Sequence record: OZ035786.1
DNA from: Veterinaerplatzvirus T145P1
DNA: 45,312 bases
Strand: one strand, 5' to 3'
In this document: positions 37,606-44,954 of the stretch, piece after piece
How positions within the stretch are numbered: the stretch's first letter is position 1
Layout: each line of letters begins with the position of its first letter
The notes under the pieces: generated by a model
The model's database searches: none
What the model was told of the DNA's origin: nothing
Seen by the model: only the letters and a program-made list of their open reading frames with translations
Made by a program: the position numbers and the translations under genes

Positions 37606-37955
37606 TTGTATTGAGCCTCAAATCTGTAGTCGCCGCAGATTGTAATAAATCCAACCTCATCATCCCTTAAAAGCTGCCAAGCATTACCCTCTTTATCGTA
37701 AATGCATCCAGCGCGCTGCCCAAGTCCAGCATGGAGATCTACTTGATATCGCTTACCTTCAGTAAAGTATTTTCGAATAGATGAGCGATGATTGACCTTT
37801 GTGCAATAAATTGTCTTTGTCTTAATATACTTTCCGCGCTCTTCCAGGTTAATCCATTTGCCATCTTTCTTGATTTGCTCTACACCATCTTTTACTCGGG
37901 CTTTGTAGAGTACGTTTTCGTTGCTGATCCAGTTTTTAGTAATCGTAGTAGTCAT
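37602..37955 (-). CDS. hypothetical protein
   Basis: 117-aa ORF directly downstream of a minus-strand promoter copy. Confidence 0.5.
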   Translation of the reverse strand: MTTTITKNWISNENVLYKARVKDGVEQIKKDGKWINLEERGKYIKTKTIYCTKVNHRSSIRKYFTEGKRYQVDLHAGLGQRAGCIYDKEGNAWQLLRDDEVGFITICGDYRFEAQYK

Positions 37956-37991
37956 TTTGTTTTCCTTTGTGTCTTTCGTTTCGATGGGATA

Positions 37992-38035
37992 ACTATACAG
38001 GAAAAGCCCCGAATGGCTTTAGCGATTAGTGCTAT
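37992..38035 (-). promoter_or_regulatory. phage promoter family copy (minus strand)
   Basis: Reverse complement reads atagcactaatcgctaaag, 22 bp, tatagtta, tcccatcgaaacgaaaga leader. Confidence 0.55.
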
Positions 38036-38270
38036 TTATTGCCTTTCGCCCAAGTGGTGTTATCGCTACCTTATACCAAGTTCCAATTTCTGGATTATTT
38101 ACATTATATGCCAGATCTACATAGCCTAGCCGAAATAGTTTTGGTATACACCTGGATGAATTGCCAGAATCTCGAATCCTTCCTCGACTAAAGTCATAAC
38201 TTATTTGATGAATTTCTCCATTTTGAATGCAGTGGAGGGTTTTTATTGCAGTTTCAGAAATTTTAATCAT
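38019..38270 (-). CDS. hypothetical protein
   Basis: 83-aa ORF from the track; 3' end overlaps the promoter copy. Confidence 0.5.
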   Translation of the reverse strand: MIKISETAIKTLHCIQNGEIHQISYDFSRGRIRDSGNSSRCIPKLFRLGYVDLAYNVNNPEIGTWYKVAITPLGRKAINSTNR

Positions 38271-38434
38271 TTATGTTCACCATTAATATTCTTTGCTTTT
38301 TCTATCGCCTTGAGCATAATCTCGTGACTTTCCAGTAAGTCCTCTCGGAACCAATCTCCACAAGGCCAGCCTTTTCCGCTATAGGCACTTATGACCTCGA
38401 GATCGAAATAATTTATCTCAGATGGTAATAGCAT
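38267..38434 (-). CDS. hypothetical small protein
   Basis: 55-aa ORF (MLLPSEINYFDLEV...) below the track cut-off, filling the gap between two track ORFs with overlapping stop/start codons. Confidence 0.35.
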   Translation of the reverse strand: MLLPSEINYFDLEVISAYSGKGWPCGDWFREDLLESHEIMLKAIEKAKNINGEHK

Positions 38435-38676
38435 CACTTCACCTCATCAAAAGTTGCAATCCCAGGAATAAACATCCCAACCTTCCAGCCTGCAATGGCA
38501 ATCCATCCAGAATCGTGCTTGTGCGGTCGCTCAGCGCCATTAATCACCCATTCGTTCGGGATTGTCTTGCCGTTAATGATTAGAGGCTCAGCGTCGTATA
38601 CAGAGCCTTTAACGAATGGTGTTAAGGCTTTCTTGTCAGTGCTATTGATAACGTTAGTGCAGATTATTTTAGTCAT
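38434..38676 (-). CDS. hypothetical protein
   Basis: 80-aa ORF from the track. Confidence 0.5.
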   Translation of the reverse strand: MTKIICTNVINSTDKKALTPFVKGSVYDAEPLIINGKTIPNEWVINGAERPHKHDSGWIAIAGWKVGMFIPGIATFDEVK

Positions 38677-38860
38677 TTACAACCTCGTACTCACCTTTAT
38701 AAACAGCGACCTCTTCATTCACATTGTTGACAATCACTGCTAAACAAAGAGCACCCAAATATTTTACCACTTCGTACTCGCAGCCAAGCGTCAGACCATA
38801 GTCCTCACATGAACGTCCACTGCAATCTAAATCTTCGAATTTAACTAACTTAATTTTCAT
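38669..38860 (-). CDS. hypothetical protein
   Basis: 63-aa ORF from the track. Confidence 0.5.
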   Translation of the reverse strand: MKIKLVKFEDLDCSGRSCEDYGLTLGCEYEVVKYLGALCLAVIVNNVNEEVAVYKGEYEVVND

Positions 38861-38870
38861 ATCTCAATCC

Positions 38871-39050
38871 TCAAATAAATGGCAAGCATTCGACGCAGCC
38901 AAGCCCATCACAGCACATGAATTCATCTTCTGACTGGAATTGCTTTGCTAAATCAATGTCTAGCCTTCCGCGCACCACAAGGTCGGTGTAATCTTCATTA
39001 AGCCCAATCAGTGCGCACTCGTTACGTAACTCATCTTTATTCTTTTTCAT
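38871..39050 (-). CDS. hypothetical small Cys-rich protein
   Basis: 59-aa ORF (MKKNKDELRNECAL...CCDGLGCVECLPFI) below the track cut-off. Confidence 0.35.
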   Translation of the reverse strand: MKKNKDELRNECALIGLNEDYTDLVVRGRLDIDLAKQFQSEDEFMCCDGLGCVECLPFI

Positions 39051-39214
39051 TTATCCTGGCCTTTTAAATTATAACGCTCTCTCAGAACTTCAACCCATTC
39101 TTGCGCGTCATTCTCTCTCATGAAGAAACTTAAATTTGGGTACTTGTGAAACCCTTTAAGTTCAACTATCCAATGACCACCTTCGTAACTATAACTAACT
39201 TTCTTCTCTGTCAT
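39047..39214 (-). CDS. hypothetical small protein
   Basis: 55-aa ORF (MTEKKVSYSYEGGHW...), stop overlaps the next ATG (ATGA); first gene after a long leader. Confidence 0.35.
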   Translation of the reverse strand: MTEKKVSYSYEGGHWIVELKGFHKYPNLSFFMRENDAQEWVEVLRERYNLKGQDK

Positions 39215-39425
39215 TTTGTTACCTTTTGAGTTTTTTTATTATCGACATCTCTTCAACGTACTCGCTACAACTCGGGATTTTACTCCCGGCCCGGCATCCT
39301 AACAAAAGGACCCGCTCGGCGCTTTGGTGGGTGAGGTAACGCTTCCTCACATTGCGCGGTAGTATTTACTCCTTTTGGTCTCTTTCGAGAGTGACTCAGA
39401 GTCTGCTACCGTGTCGATGAGATTA

Positions 39426-39470
39426 AGTATACGCATAGTTAGCCACACTGTCTTTAGCAAAAAGTGCTAT
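39426..39470 (-). promoter_or_regulatory. phage promoter family copy (minus strand) with roughly 200-nt leader
   Basis: Reverse complement reads atagcactttttgctaaag, about 22 bp, tatact, then ctcatcgacacgg. Confidence 0.5.
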
Positions 39471-39754
39471 TCGTTAGATTTATGTATTGTTGCAGATATT
39501 GCAATGATTCACTTGATTATTGCACATACAGCAATATTGCTTCCGATGCAATGATGTTTTTGATTGTTGCGAAAAGTGAAATTAAGTGGTGAGTGAGTGA
39601 ATGAAAGATGGATGGACTACCATACAAGTTGATTTTTACCAATCTATGGGAGCCTCACGGATATACGCGTATCCTCCGTATACTCAGTGTCGTCACAAAA
39701 GTTAGTGACCACTAACCTACGTTTTTACGCGATATATACACACGATATACAATA

Positions 39755-39830
39755 TAATATCTATATATATCAACCTTTTACTTTATTATTATTATTATTA
39801 TTATATATATGTATACTGTGTATACCGGTA
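39755..39830. repeat. AT-rich repeat block copy 2 (first copy near 20691)
   Basis: aatatctatatatatcaaccttttact-(TTA)n-tatatat-tactgtgtata with a longer TTA tract; the track ORF here is a poly-Leu artefact. Confidence 0.6.
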
Positions 39831-40030
39831 ATTGGTGAGATTATTGATATGTTCCGCGCAGATATTCTGACACCTGTCAGAAATGGATGGCATTGTAGGA
39901 ATAAAAGGCACATATATAGGGAATGGCTTCAAAAATCTGTACACATCGGATACGGCACATTTACAACCAGCAATGGAGGGGCCTCTGGAGGCAAAAAGCG
40001 TATCCATGATAAAATAGACGAAAATATACA

Positions 40031-40059
40031 TTGACCGACACGTAAATAGATGGCAATAT
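40031..40059 (+). promoter_or_regulatory. sigma70-like promoter
   Basis: TTGACC, 17-bp spacer, CAATAT, upstream of 40100 gene. Confidence 0.5.
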
Positions 40060-40099
40060 AGCAGTCACTGAAACGAAGTAAAACAAACGAGGTATCAAC

Positions 40100-40648
40100 A
40101 TGCAGAAAGTAACACTAGGTGAAGTTATCCGTGAGATGGTGCGCAACGCGATGGTGTCCGAGAGTGGTGAGTTTAAAGTTCCGGTTAGCCAGATATTCAA
40201 ACTGGTTCGAGGCAAGGAATACCCTGAAATGGTGTATGACGAAGAGACTAGTGAGATCCTCAACCTGGCAGATAGGGCGATGCCGGAACTAAAGAACTCA
40301 TACATCTATAACACAGTGTCGAGAATGACAGAGCTTCGCGATGCTAATAAGCGAGCGAGATATAAGTTCATCTGGATTGATGATGACGGAGAGCAAACAA
40401 GGCCCGGTAGCTTCGACGGTGATGGCGCTGATAAATACCTGGTCATATACATTGAGAACGGCGCGCACTGGACTGGGAGTCGCGAAAAGAAAAAGCAGGA
40501 AGCGGAGAAAGAGGCGGCTATCATTGAAAAGTTCAAGTCTAGACTGCTCAAGCTGTCACCAAGTGTTGCTGGCTTGGAAGGTGAAGAACTTAAGGGCGCT
40601 GTTACAATGATTAATGCTTATCAGGAAATGATTAAGGAGACTAAGTAG
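40100..40648 (+). CDS. hypothetical protein
   Basis: 182-aa ORF, SD gagg; Lys/Glu-rich C-terminus. Confidence 0.6.
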   Translation: MQKVTLGEVIREMVRNAMVSESGEFKVPVSQIFKLVRGKEYPEMVYDEETSEILNLADRAMPELKNSYIYNTVSRMTELRDANKRARYKFIWIDDDGEQTRPGSFDGDGADKYLVIYIENGAHWTGSREKKKQEAEKEAAIIEKFKSRLLKLSPSVAGLEGEELKGAVTMINAYQEMIKETK

Positions 40649-40738
40649 TAGACTACCATACCACTTGCGGTACAGCGAGGAAGAGGTTGAGGTGGCCATT
40701 GAGTTCTATAGGAAAGCTAAATCACTACTGAATGGTAA

Positions 40739-40782
40739 ATAGCACTTTTTGCCTAACGCGGTAATGCCATGGATGGCATAAT
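40739..40782 (+). promoter_or_regulatory. phage promoter family copy (variant with hairpin in spacer)
   Basis: atagcactttttgcctaa, spacer with atgcca/tggcat inverted repeat, cataat, cctcatcgaaacgag leader. Confidence 0.5.
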
Positions 40783-40820
40783 AGCCTCATCGAAACGAGA
40801 TACGTAAATGAGGATTTAAA

Positions 40821-41039
40821 ATGAGCAAGGTAATCACACTGCAATGCCTTAAGACAAATAACCCAGAGTTCTTAAAAGGTCACAAATATGTGGCAACCCT
40901 GGTGGATGGGAAAACATGGGCGGTTAAGGGTGGATTCCAGGATTACAAATTCCCACTTGAGCACATACCTGGCGGAAACCTTGGTTTTGTTAGTGACTGC
41001 CGCTCAGTTAAGTTTGTTTTTGAGGTTGTAATGAAATAG
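40821..41039 (+). CDS. hypothetical protein
   Basis: 72-aa ORF, stop inside next promoter motif. Confidence 0.5.
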   Translation: MSKVITLQCLKTNNPEFLKGHKYVATLVDGKTWAVKGGFQDYKFPLEHIPGGNLGFVSDCRSVKFVFEVVMK

Positions 41040-41079
41040 CAATAATTGCTAAATCTTCCGCAAGGCCATTTGATATAGT
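41036..41079 (+). promoter_or_regulatory. phage promoter family copy
   Basis: atagcaataattgctaaa, 22 bp, tatagt embedded in aaggcca/tggcctt inverted repeat. Confidence 0.55.
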
Positions 41080-41120
41080 GGCCTTGTTGAAGCAAAACAA
41101 CCAATCACGAGGTATAAATT

Positions 41121-41348
41121 ATGGCTATCAATAGTGTTCGAATCTCTGACGACTACAACGAGCAGGCTGAGGTTCTTGTTTACAAAGTCTTCAATATCGA
41201 TCGGGATACAATGAAGGTTAAGCTCGACCTCAATCCTGATAACGAATCATATCCGTCAACATACATGCTGTACACGCCAGACCAGGCTCGCCAGTTAGCA
41301 GCGTATCTGATGGAAGCGGCCCACCGAGCTGATAAGGGGGTTTTATGA
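41121..41348 (+). CDS. hypothetical protein (small paralog family member)
   Basis: 75 aa; shares IRI-D...QAEV and YTPDQARQLAAYL motifs with 41593..41802. Confidence 0.5.
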   Translation: MAINSVRISDDYNEQAEVLVYKVFNIDRDTMKVKLDLNPDNESYPSTYMLYTPDQARQLAAYLMEAAHRADKGVL

Positions 41349-41560
41349 TTACCGATCGCAAGCTCTTTAAAGACATGGAAGGCGATGACTGCTGGATTGA
41401 CACGATGACAAATTTCGGAGATGTCACTGTCGAGATTGTAATTGACGATGAATCTGGAACCTTTCCCGTGCAAGATGCGGATACCGTACGCGCAATGGGT
41501 GAGCACTTAATCAAGATGGCTGACTACATGGAGAGCCAGGGGAAATTAGCTGTAAATTAA
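41345..41560 (+). CDS. hypothetical protein
   Basis: 71-aa acidic ORF, ATGA overlap with upstream gene. Confidence 0.5.
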   Translation: MITDRKLFKDMEGDDCWIDTMTNFGDVTVEIVIDDESGTFPVQDADTVRAMGEHLIKMADYMESQGKLAVN

Positions 41561-41592
41561 TCAAGATTCGCATTATCAATAACAACGAGGAA

Positions 41593-41802
41593 ATGAAGAT
41601 GGAAAATATTCGTATTGAAGATGTTCACTTTGACCAAGCTGAGGTCGGAATCACAAAAAGCGCTCGCGGAGACGTTGTATATCTGGACTTTAATCCGGAT
41701 GACTACGGGGACGGCCAGATGCTGATGCACTACAGTCCTGATAAGGCGCGCAAATTGGCGGCAGCATTAATCCTGGCGGCGGAGGAGGTGGAGAAGCAAT
41801 GA
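41593..41802 (+). CDS. hypothetical protein (small paralog family member)
   Basis: 69 aa; aligns with 41121..41348 (MKMENIRIEDVHFDQAEV, YSPDKARKLAAAL). Confidence 0.5.
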   Translation: MKMENIRIEDVHFDQAEVGITKSARGDVVYLDFNPDDYGDGQMLMHYSPDKARKLAAALILAAEEVEKQ

Positions 41803-42059
41803 AACGTTTAATGAAATGCATGACTATTATTGCGGCAATGATTGCTCTTACTGGTTGCGAGAAGGCACCTGAGGTTCAGATTCAGTCAGGTGAATTCAAT
41901 GTGGAGCGCCTATTCACAGTGGATGGATGTACCGCCTACCGATTCCGAGATAGCGATAGAGCCATCTACTACACAAATTGCAATGGCAGTACGCAGAGTG
42001 AGTACAGGCACGGCAGGGCCATGAGACAAGAAACAGTTCAGACAGATCGCACTAATTGA
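41799..42059 (+). CDS. lipoprotein (early region)
   Basis: Signal peptide with lipobox IALTGCE; 86 aa with 4 further Cys. Confidence 0.5.
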   Translation: MKRLMKCMTIIAAMIALTGCEKAPEVQIQSGEFNVERLFTVDGCTAYRFRDSDRAIYYTNCNGSTQSEYRHGRAMRQETVQTDRTN

Positions 42060-42242
42060 TAAAAGGGGATCCATCCTGACTGGTATAATCCCCAGCATCA
42101 ACCACATGAATGGAAGTTAAGTGACGATATACGAACATAAATTCAGTAGCAGGGGTATTGATATGCTCCTGCGCTATGTAGACGAAAAATACGCAAATCT
42201 CATGCTTAAGACGCATGGCGGCACAATAACGAGGATTGAGAT

Positions 42243-42572
42243 ATGAGTAAATACGATCGCAAGATTATTGGCATTGATGGCACAGTAACAACAGTAGATG
42301 TTTATCGTGTTCTTGATGCGTTTGGCGTATCTGACCCAGCCACTCAGCATGCGGTAAAGAAGATGCTTTGCACTGGCCTGCGTGGACACAAGGATTACTT
42401 AACTGACCTTAATGACTCCATTGAGTCACTACAGAAGGCTAAAGAGATTTACTGGCAGAAGATGATTCATGAATCCGATAAAATCACTGATTCAATTTTA
42501 AATCCACCAAAAGAAGCGAGATTTAGTACTGCTAATGGTTCAGAATTCACTTTCGGAAAGGTTAGAGTCTAA
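42243..42572 (+). CDS. hypothetical protein
   Basis: 109-aa ORF; upstream TGgTATAAT extended -10 at about 42081. Confidence 0.5.
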   Translation: MSKYDRKIIGIDGTVTTVDVYRVLDAFGVSDPATQHAVKKMLCTGLRGHKDYLTDLNDSIESLQKAKEIYWQKMIHESDKITDSILNPPKEARFSTANGSEFTFGKVRV

Positions 42573-42616
42573 ATAGCACGAATTGCTAAACCCGCTCCTG
42601 CGGGTTTTGTTATAGT
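42573..42616 (+). promoter_or_regulatory. phage promoter family copy with terminator hairpin in the spacer
   Basis: atagcacgaattgctaaa, spacer contains cccgc-tcct-gcggg followed by ttttgtt, then tatagtta. Confidence 0.55.
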
Positions 42617-42644
42617 TAGTTCACACCAATCGAGAGGTAAGAAA

Positions 42645-42737
42645 ATGAAGCAATACACATCAAGCAATCACCATAACGGTCACATCATGCAGTTCTATCG
42701 CCACAATCTGAAGACTAAGGGAGTGTTTGGAAAATGA
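42645..42737 (+). CDS. hypothetical small protein
   Basis: 30-aa ORF ([18 protein letters not shown]...) with SD gagaggt; stop overlaps next ATG. Confidence 0.3.
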   Translation: MKQYTSSNHHNGHIMQFYRHNLKTKGVFGK

Positions 42738-42952
42738 TTACAATTAACCTGTCAGAAAAGCAAGCAGCAGAACTCAAGTGCATGCTGTCAATCTTTGAGA
42801 AGACAAATGACCGAGCAATTGCAAAAGAGGTCACGACTCAAATCAACAACCAGCAGTTCGACGTCAGTGACTTCGAGTCGTCACGGCAGTACGAAGCATT
42901 AAGCGTCAACGCTGCATACCTGGCTAACTGGGATAAGGCAACGAAGAAATGA
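42734..42952 (+). CDS. hypothetical protein
   Basis: 72-aa ORF from the track. Confidence 0.5.
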   Translation: MITINLSEKQAAELKCMLSIFEKTNDRAIAKEVTTQINNQQFDVSDFESSRQYEALSVNAAYLANWDKATKK

Positions 42953-43086
42953 TTTACATCCACACGTACTACACTGGTAAGTTTAATAGCGTCAAACATG
43001 TCCGTGTTCACGATAACTACGAGAGCGCAAAAGCTCAATGGTTGGTTCTTGGTGGTGACATTAATTCATACAGAGTTGCTGAGTAG
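42949..43086 (+). CDS. hypothetical small protein
   Basis: 45-aa ORF ([15 protein letters not shown]...), ATGA overlap upstream, TAG stop inside next promoter motif. Confidence 0.35.
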   Translation: MIYIHTYYTGKFNSVKHVRVHDNYESAKAQWLVLGGDINSYRVAE

Positions 43087-43126
43087 CACTAATTGCTAAA
43101 ACAGTATTGGGGTAATTTGTTATAGT
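43083..43126 (+). promoter_or_regulatory. phage promoter family copy
   Basis: gtagcactaattgctaaaa, 22 bp, tatagtta, ccccatcgaaacgagagagg leader. Confidence 0.55.
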
Positions 43127-43156
43127 TACCCCATCGAAACGAGAGAGGAATAAGAA

Positions 43157-43336
43157 ATGACATTTCAACAAAGTGAGCCAAAGCTCCAGGCTAATCACTT
43201 CGATGGTTATTCGACCTTTATCATTGCCCAGGCCTGCGGGATGCGTGACGAACCACAGGTTCACACAATTCACTTAACCGAAGAGCAGGCTCGAGAGATT
43301 GCTTACGAAATTCTTGAGCAATTGAACCGAATTTAA
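43157..43336 (+). CDS. hypothetical small protein (possible paralog family member)
   Basis: 59-aa ORF; C-terminal LTEEQAREIAYEIL resembles the motif of the 41121 and 41593 proteins. Confidence 0.4.
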   Translation: MTFQQSEPKLQANHFDGYSTFIIAQACGMRDEPQVHTIHLTEEQAREIAYEILEQLNRI

Positions 43337-43385
43337 CGCGACTAAAGCGCATTCTAACGAACGATAATTTAAGTAAGGTGATTCT

Positions 43386-43547
43386 ATGATTAAGATTGTT
43401 TATGTTGGCGAGAGTGATTATGTGGCGCTCATTCAGCGTGGTGATGTGTTCTTCGCTGAGCTAAGTGAGGATGGAAAATATTACATTGTAAAGAATAAGA
43501 ATGGCGAGGATATTTACCTATCAAAAGATGAGGTCATAGTTCACTGA
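43386..43547 (+). CDS. hypothetical small protein
   Basis: 53-aa ORF (MIKIVYVGESDYVALIQRGD...), SD aaggtg. Confidence 0.4.
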   Translation: MIKIVYVGESDYVALIQRGDVFFAELSEDGKYYIVKNKNGEDIYLSKDEVIVH

Positions 43548-43678
43548 TGGATAACTACGAATCACCAAGCCAGTGGGCCAAACGAATGCAGGACGAAGCC
43601 AAGACTGGTGAAGAGGCGATGGCTTACTACGAGCTAGCGCAAATTTGGATGAAGCGGGAGGGCAAGAGCAATGATTAA
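43547..43678 (+). CDS. hypothetical small protein
   Basis: 43-aa ORF (MDNYESPSQWAKRM...), start overlaps upstream stop (TGATG). Confidence 0.3.
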   Translation: MDNYESPSQWAKRMQDEAKTGEEAMAYYELAQIWMKREGKSND

Positions 43679-43823
43679 CACTTGCATTTATTTTTATGGC
43701 CATGAATTTATTGATGACTTAATGTACTTTCACGAAAAGTATGGCGACACATTCGAATGCGATGGTGACAATCTTGAGGTTCTAGCGACATTCAATAGGG
43801 GTGGCAAAAATGAGTTTCACTGA
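43671..43823 (+). CDS. hypothetical small protein
   Basis: 50-aa ORF (MINTCIYFYGHEFIDD...) overlapping neighbours by a few codons. Confidence 0.3.
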   Translation: MINTCIYFYGHEFIDDLMYFHEKYGDTFECDGDNLEVLATFNRGGKNEFH

Positions 43824-43953
43824 ATATGTTATCGCATGTGAACGACTGGTCTTTGATATGAAGACTTTTCACTGGTTCATAATTAAGGATTTAGTTAAGC
43901 CTTATAAGAAAGGTGTTATGCCAGAGCAGTTTGTTAAGTCGTTCTACAAATAG
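43810..43953 (+). CDS. hypothetical small protein
   Basis: 47-aa ORF (MSFTEYVIACERLVFDMKTFHW...), TAG stop inside next promoter motif. Confidence 0.3.
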   Translation: MSFTEYVIACERLVFDMKTFHWFIIKDLVKPYKKGVMPEQFVKSFYK

Positions 43954-43993
43954 CACGAATTGATAAACCAGATCGCCACGGATGGCATATAAT
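43950..43993 (+). promoter_or_regulatory. phage promoter family copy (variant)
   Basis: atagcacgaattgataaa, spacer with gcca/tggc inverted repeat, TATAAT. Confidence 0.55.
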
Positions 43994-44026
43994 CACCATA
44001 TCAATACAACGAGAGAGATAAAGCAA

Positions 44027-44224
44027 ATGAACAACAAATCAAATGAAGTTACAAAGGTTAAATCACATATCGCAGAAAATAATTATGATGAGTCTTTGGA
44101 TTTAGGTTTCAATTCAAGAAAAGTAGTTGTTAACGGAATCATGGGTTTTCATTCTCGCTGCGTTATGGCTAAACCAGTTATTGGCTTTGAGTCTCGATGC
44201 GTCTTTGTTGGTGGAGTCTTATAA
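44027..44224 (+). CDS. hypothetical protein
   Basis: Start moved to Met16 of track ORF, which otherwise begins inside the promoter; 65 aa. Confidence 0.5.
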   Translation: MNNKSNEVTKVKSHIAENNYDESLDLGFNSRKVVVNGIMGFHSRCVMAKPVIGFESRCVFVGGVL

Positions 44225-44463
44225 TGTTCGGATTATCAGAAGCACACTTCAACGCAGTTAAACGTCAGGCCGCAAAGTTGAACGAAGAGTACAGCAAGCT
44301 ATCGCCAAAGCAGCGTAAGGACGATAGGCATGTTGCGACGTTGATTTCTAAGATGTGGGAGCCAGTTTTTACAATCATTAGTCGAGATCGCTTTGTTTGG
44401 ACCAGTGGTTATCTTAAGGGTCGCGTCGGTCATGATGAGAATGGGAACAGCCTTTATGAGTGA
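44224..44463 (+). CDS. hypothetical protein
   Basis: Start moved to Met10 of track ORF, overlapping upstream stop (TAATG); 79 aa. Confidence 0.45.
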   Translation: MFGLSEAHFNAVKRQAAKLNEEYSKLSPKQRKDDRHVATLISKMWEPVFTIISRDRFVWTSGYLKGRVGHDENGNSLYE

Positions 44464-44520
44464 GTTAACAATCTGGTTTATCGCGGGACTGATTACTTGG
44501 GCTTACTTTATGGTGGCGGC

Positions 44521-44745
44521 ATGAGAACATTGAGGCAGATTTTATTCGGTTGCAAGAAGCATCACTACGTTTACTATCGTGATATTAAATGGTTCGAGGA
44601 GGCTCATTGCAAGGGTGGTTACAAGACGAAGTTGATATGTAAGAAATGCAGGCACGTGACCAACAGCAAGGTTGATATGATGATTTGCCGTAGCACTCTT
44701 GATTATATGCGTTACGGGCTCATAAAACCGCCAGTTAAGCCTTAA
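44521..44745 (+). CDS. hypothetical zinc-ribbon-like protein
   Basis: Start moved to Met9 (SD ggtgg); CKKHH...HCKGG...CKKCRH...CRS Cys/His pairs. Confidence 0.45.
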   Translation: MRTLRQILFGCKKHHYVYYRDIKWFEEAHCKGGYKTKLICKKCRHVTNSKVDMMICRSTLDYMRYGLIKPPVKP

Positions 44746-44759
44746 TTGTTAAAAATAGC

Positions 44760-44788
44760 TTGCATCACTGACCGGAATTATCTAATAT
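44760..44788 (+). promoter_or_regulatory. sigma70-like promoter upstream of tRNA region
   Basis: TTGCAT, 17-bp spacer, TAATAT. Confidence 0.55.
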
Positions 44789-44954
44789 TAACCACGTAGA
44801 CAAACGAGCCATCCAAGATGGAACGGCGCACGGAGCGCAACTACTAAGTCCGTTGCTCATTAAGTAGCGTATGCGGCATTAAGACCTAGCGCAAATAGGC
44901 AGATTAATCGGCTGTATCAGGCAGCCCCGGAGCCGTAACCGGGACTCATTCAAG

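Noticed and set aside
39687-40034. 115-aa ORF across the AT-rich repeat
   Set aside because: Its poly-Leu core is the translated (TTA)n tract and it spans a probable promoter region. Only the C-terminal 61 codons (39849..40034) could be a real small gene; I did not list it as a feature.
40632-40742. Short ORF ending in the TAG of the 40739 promoter copy
   Set aside because: Only TTG/GTG starts, no SD and about 25 codons; too weak to call.
44789-44954. Possible second tRNA or tmRNA-like gene upstream of tRNA-Arg
   Set aside because: No T-loop consensus or full cloverleaf could be folded by eye; left as an unexplained leader.
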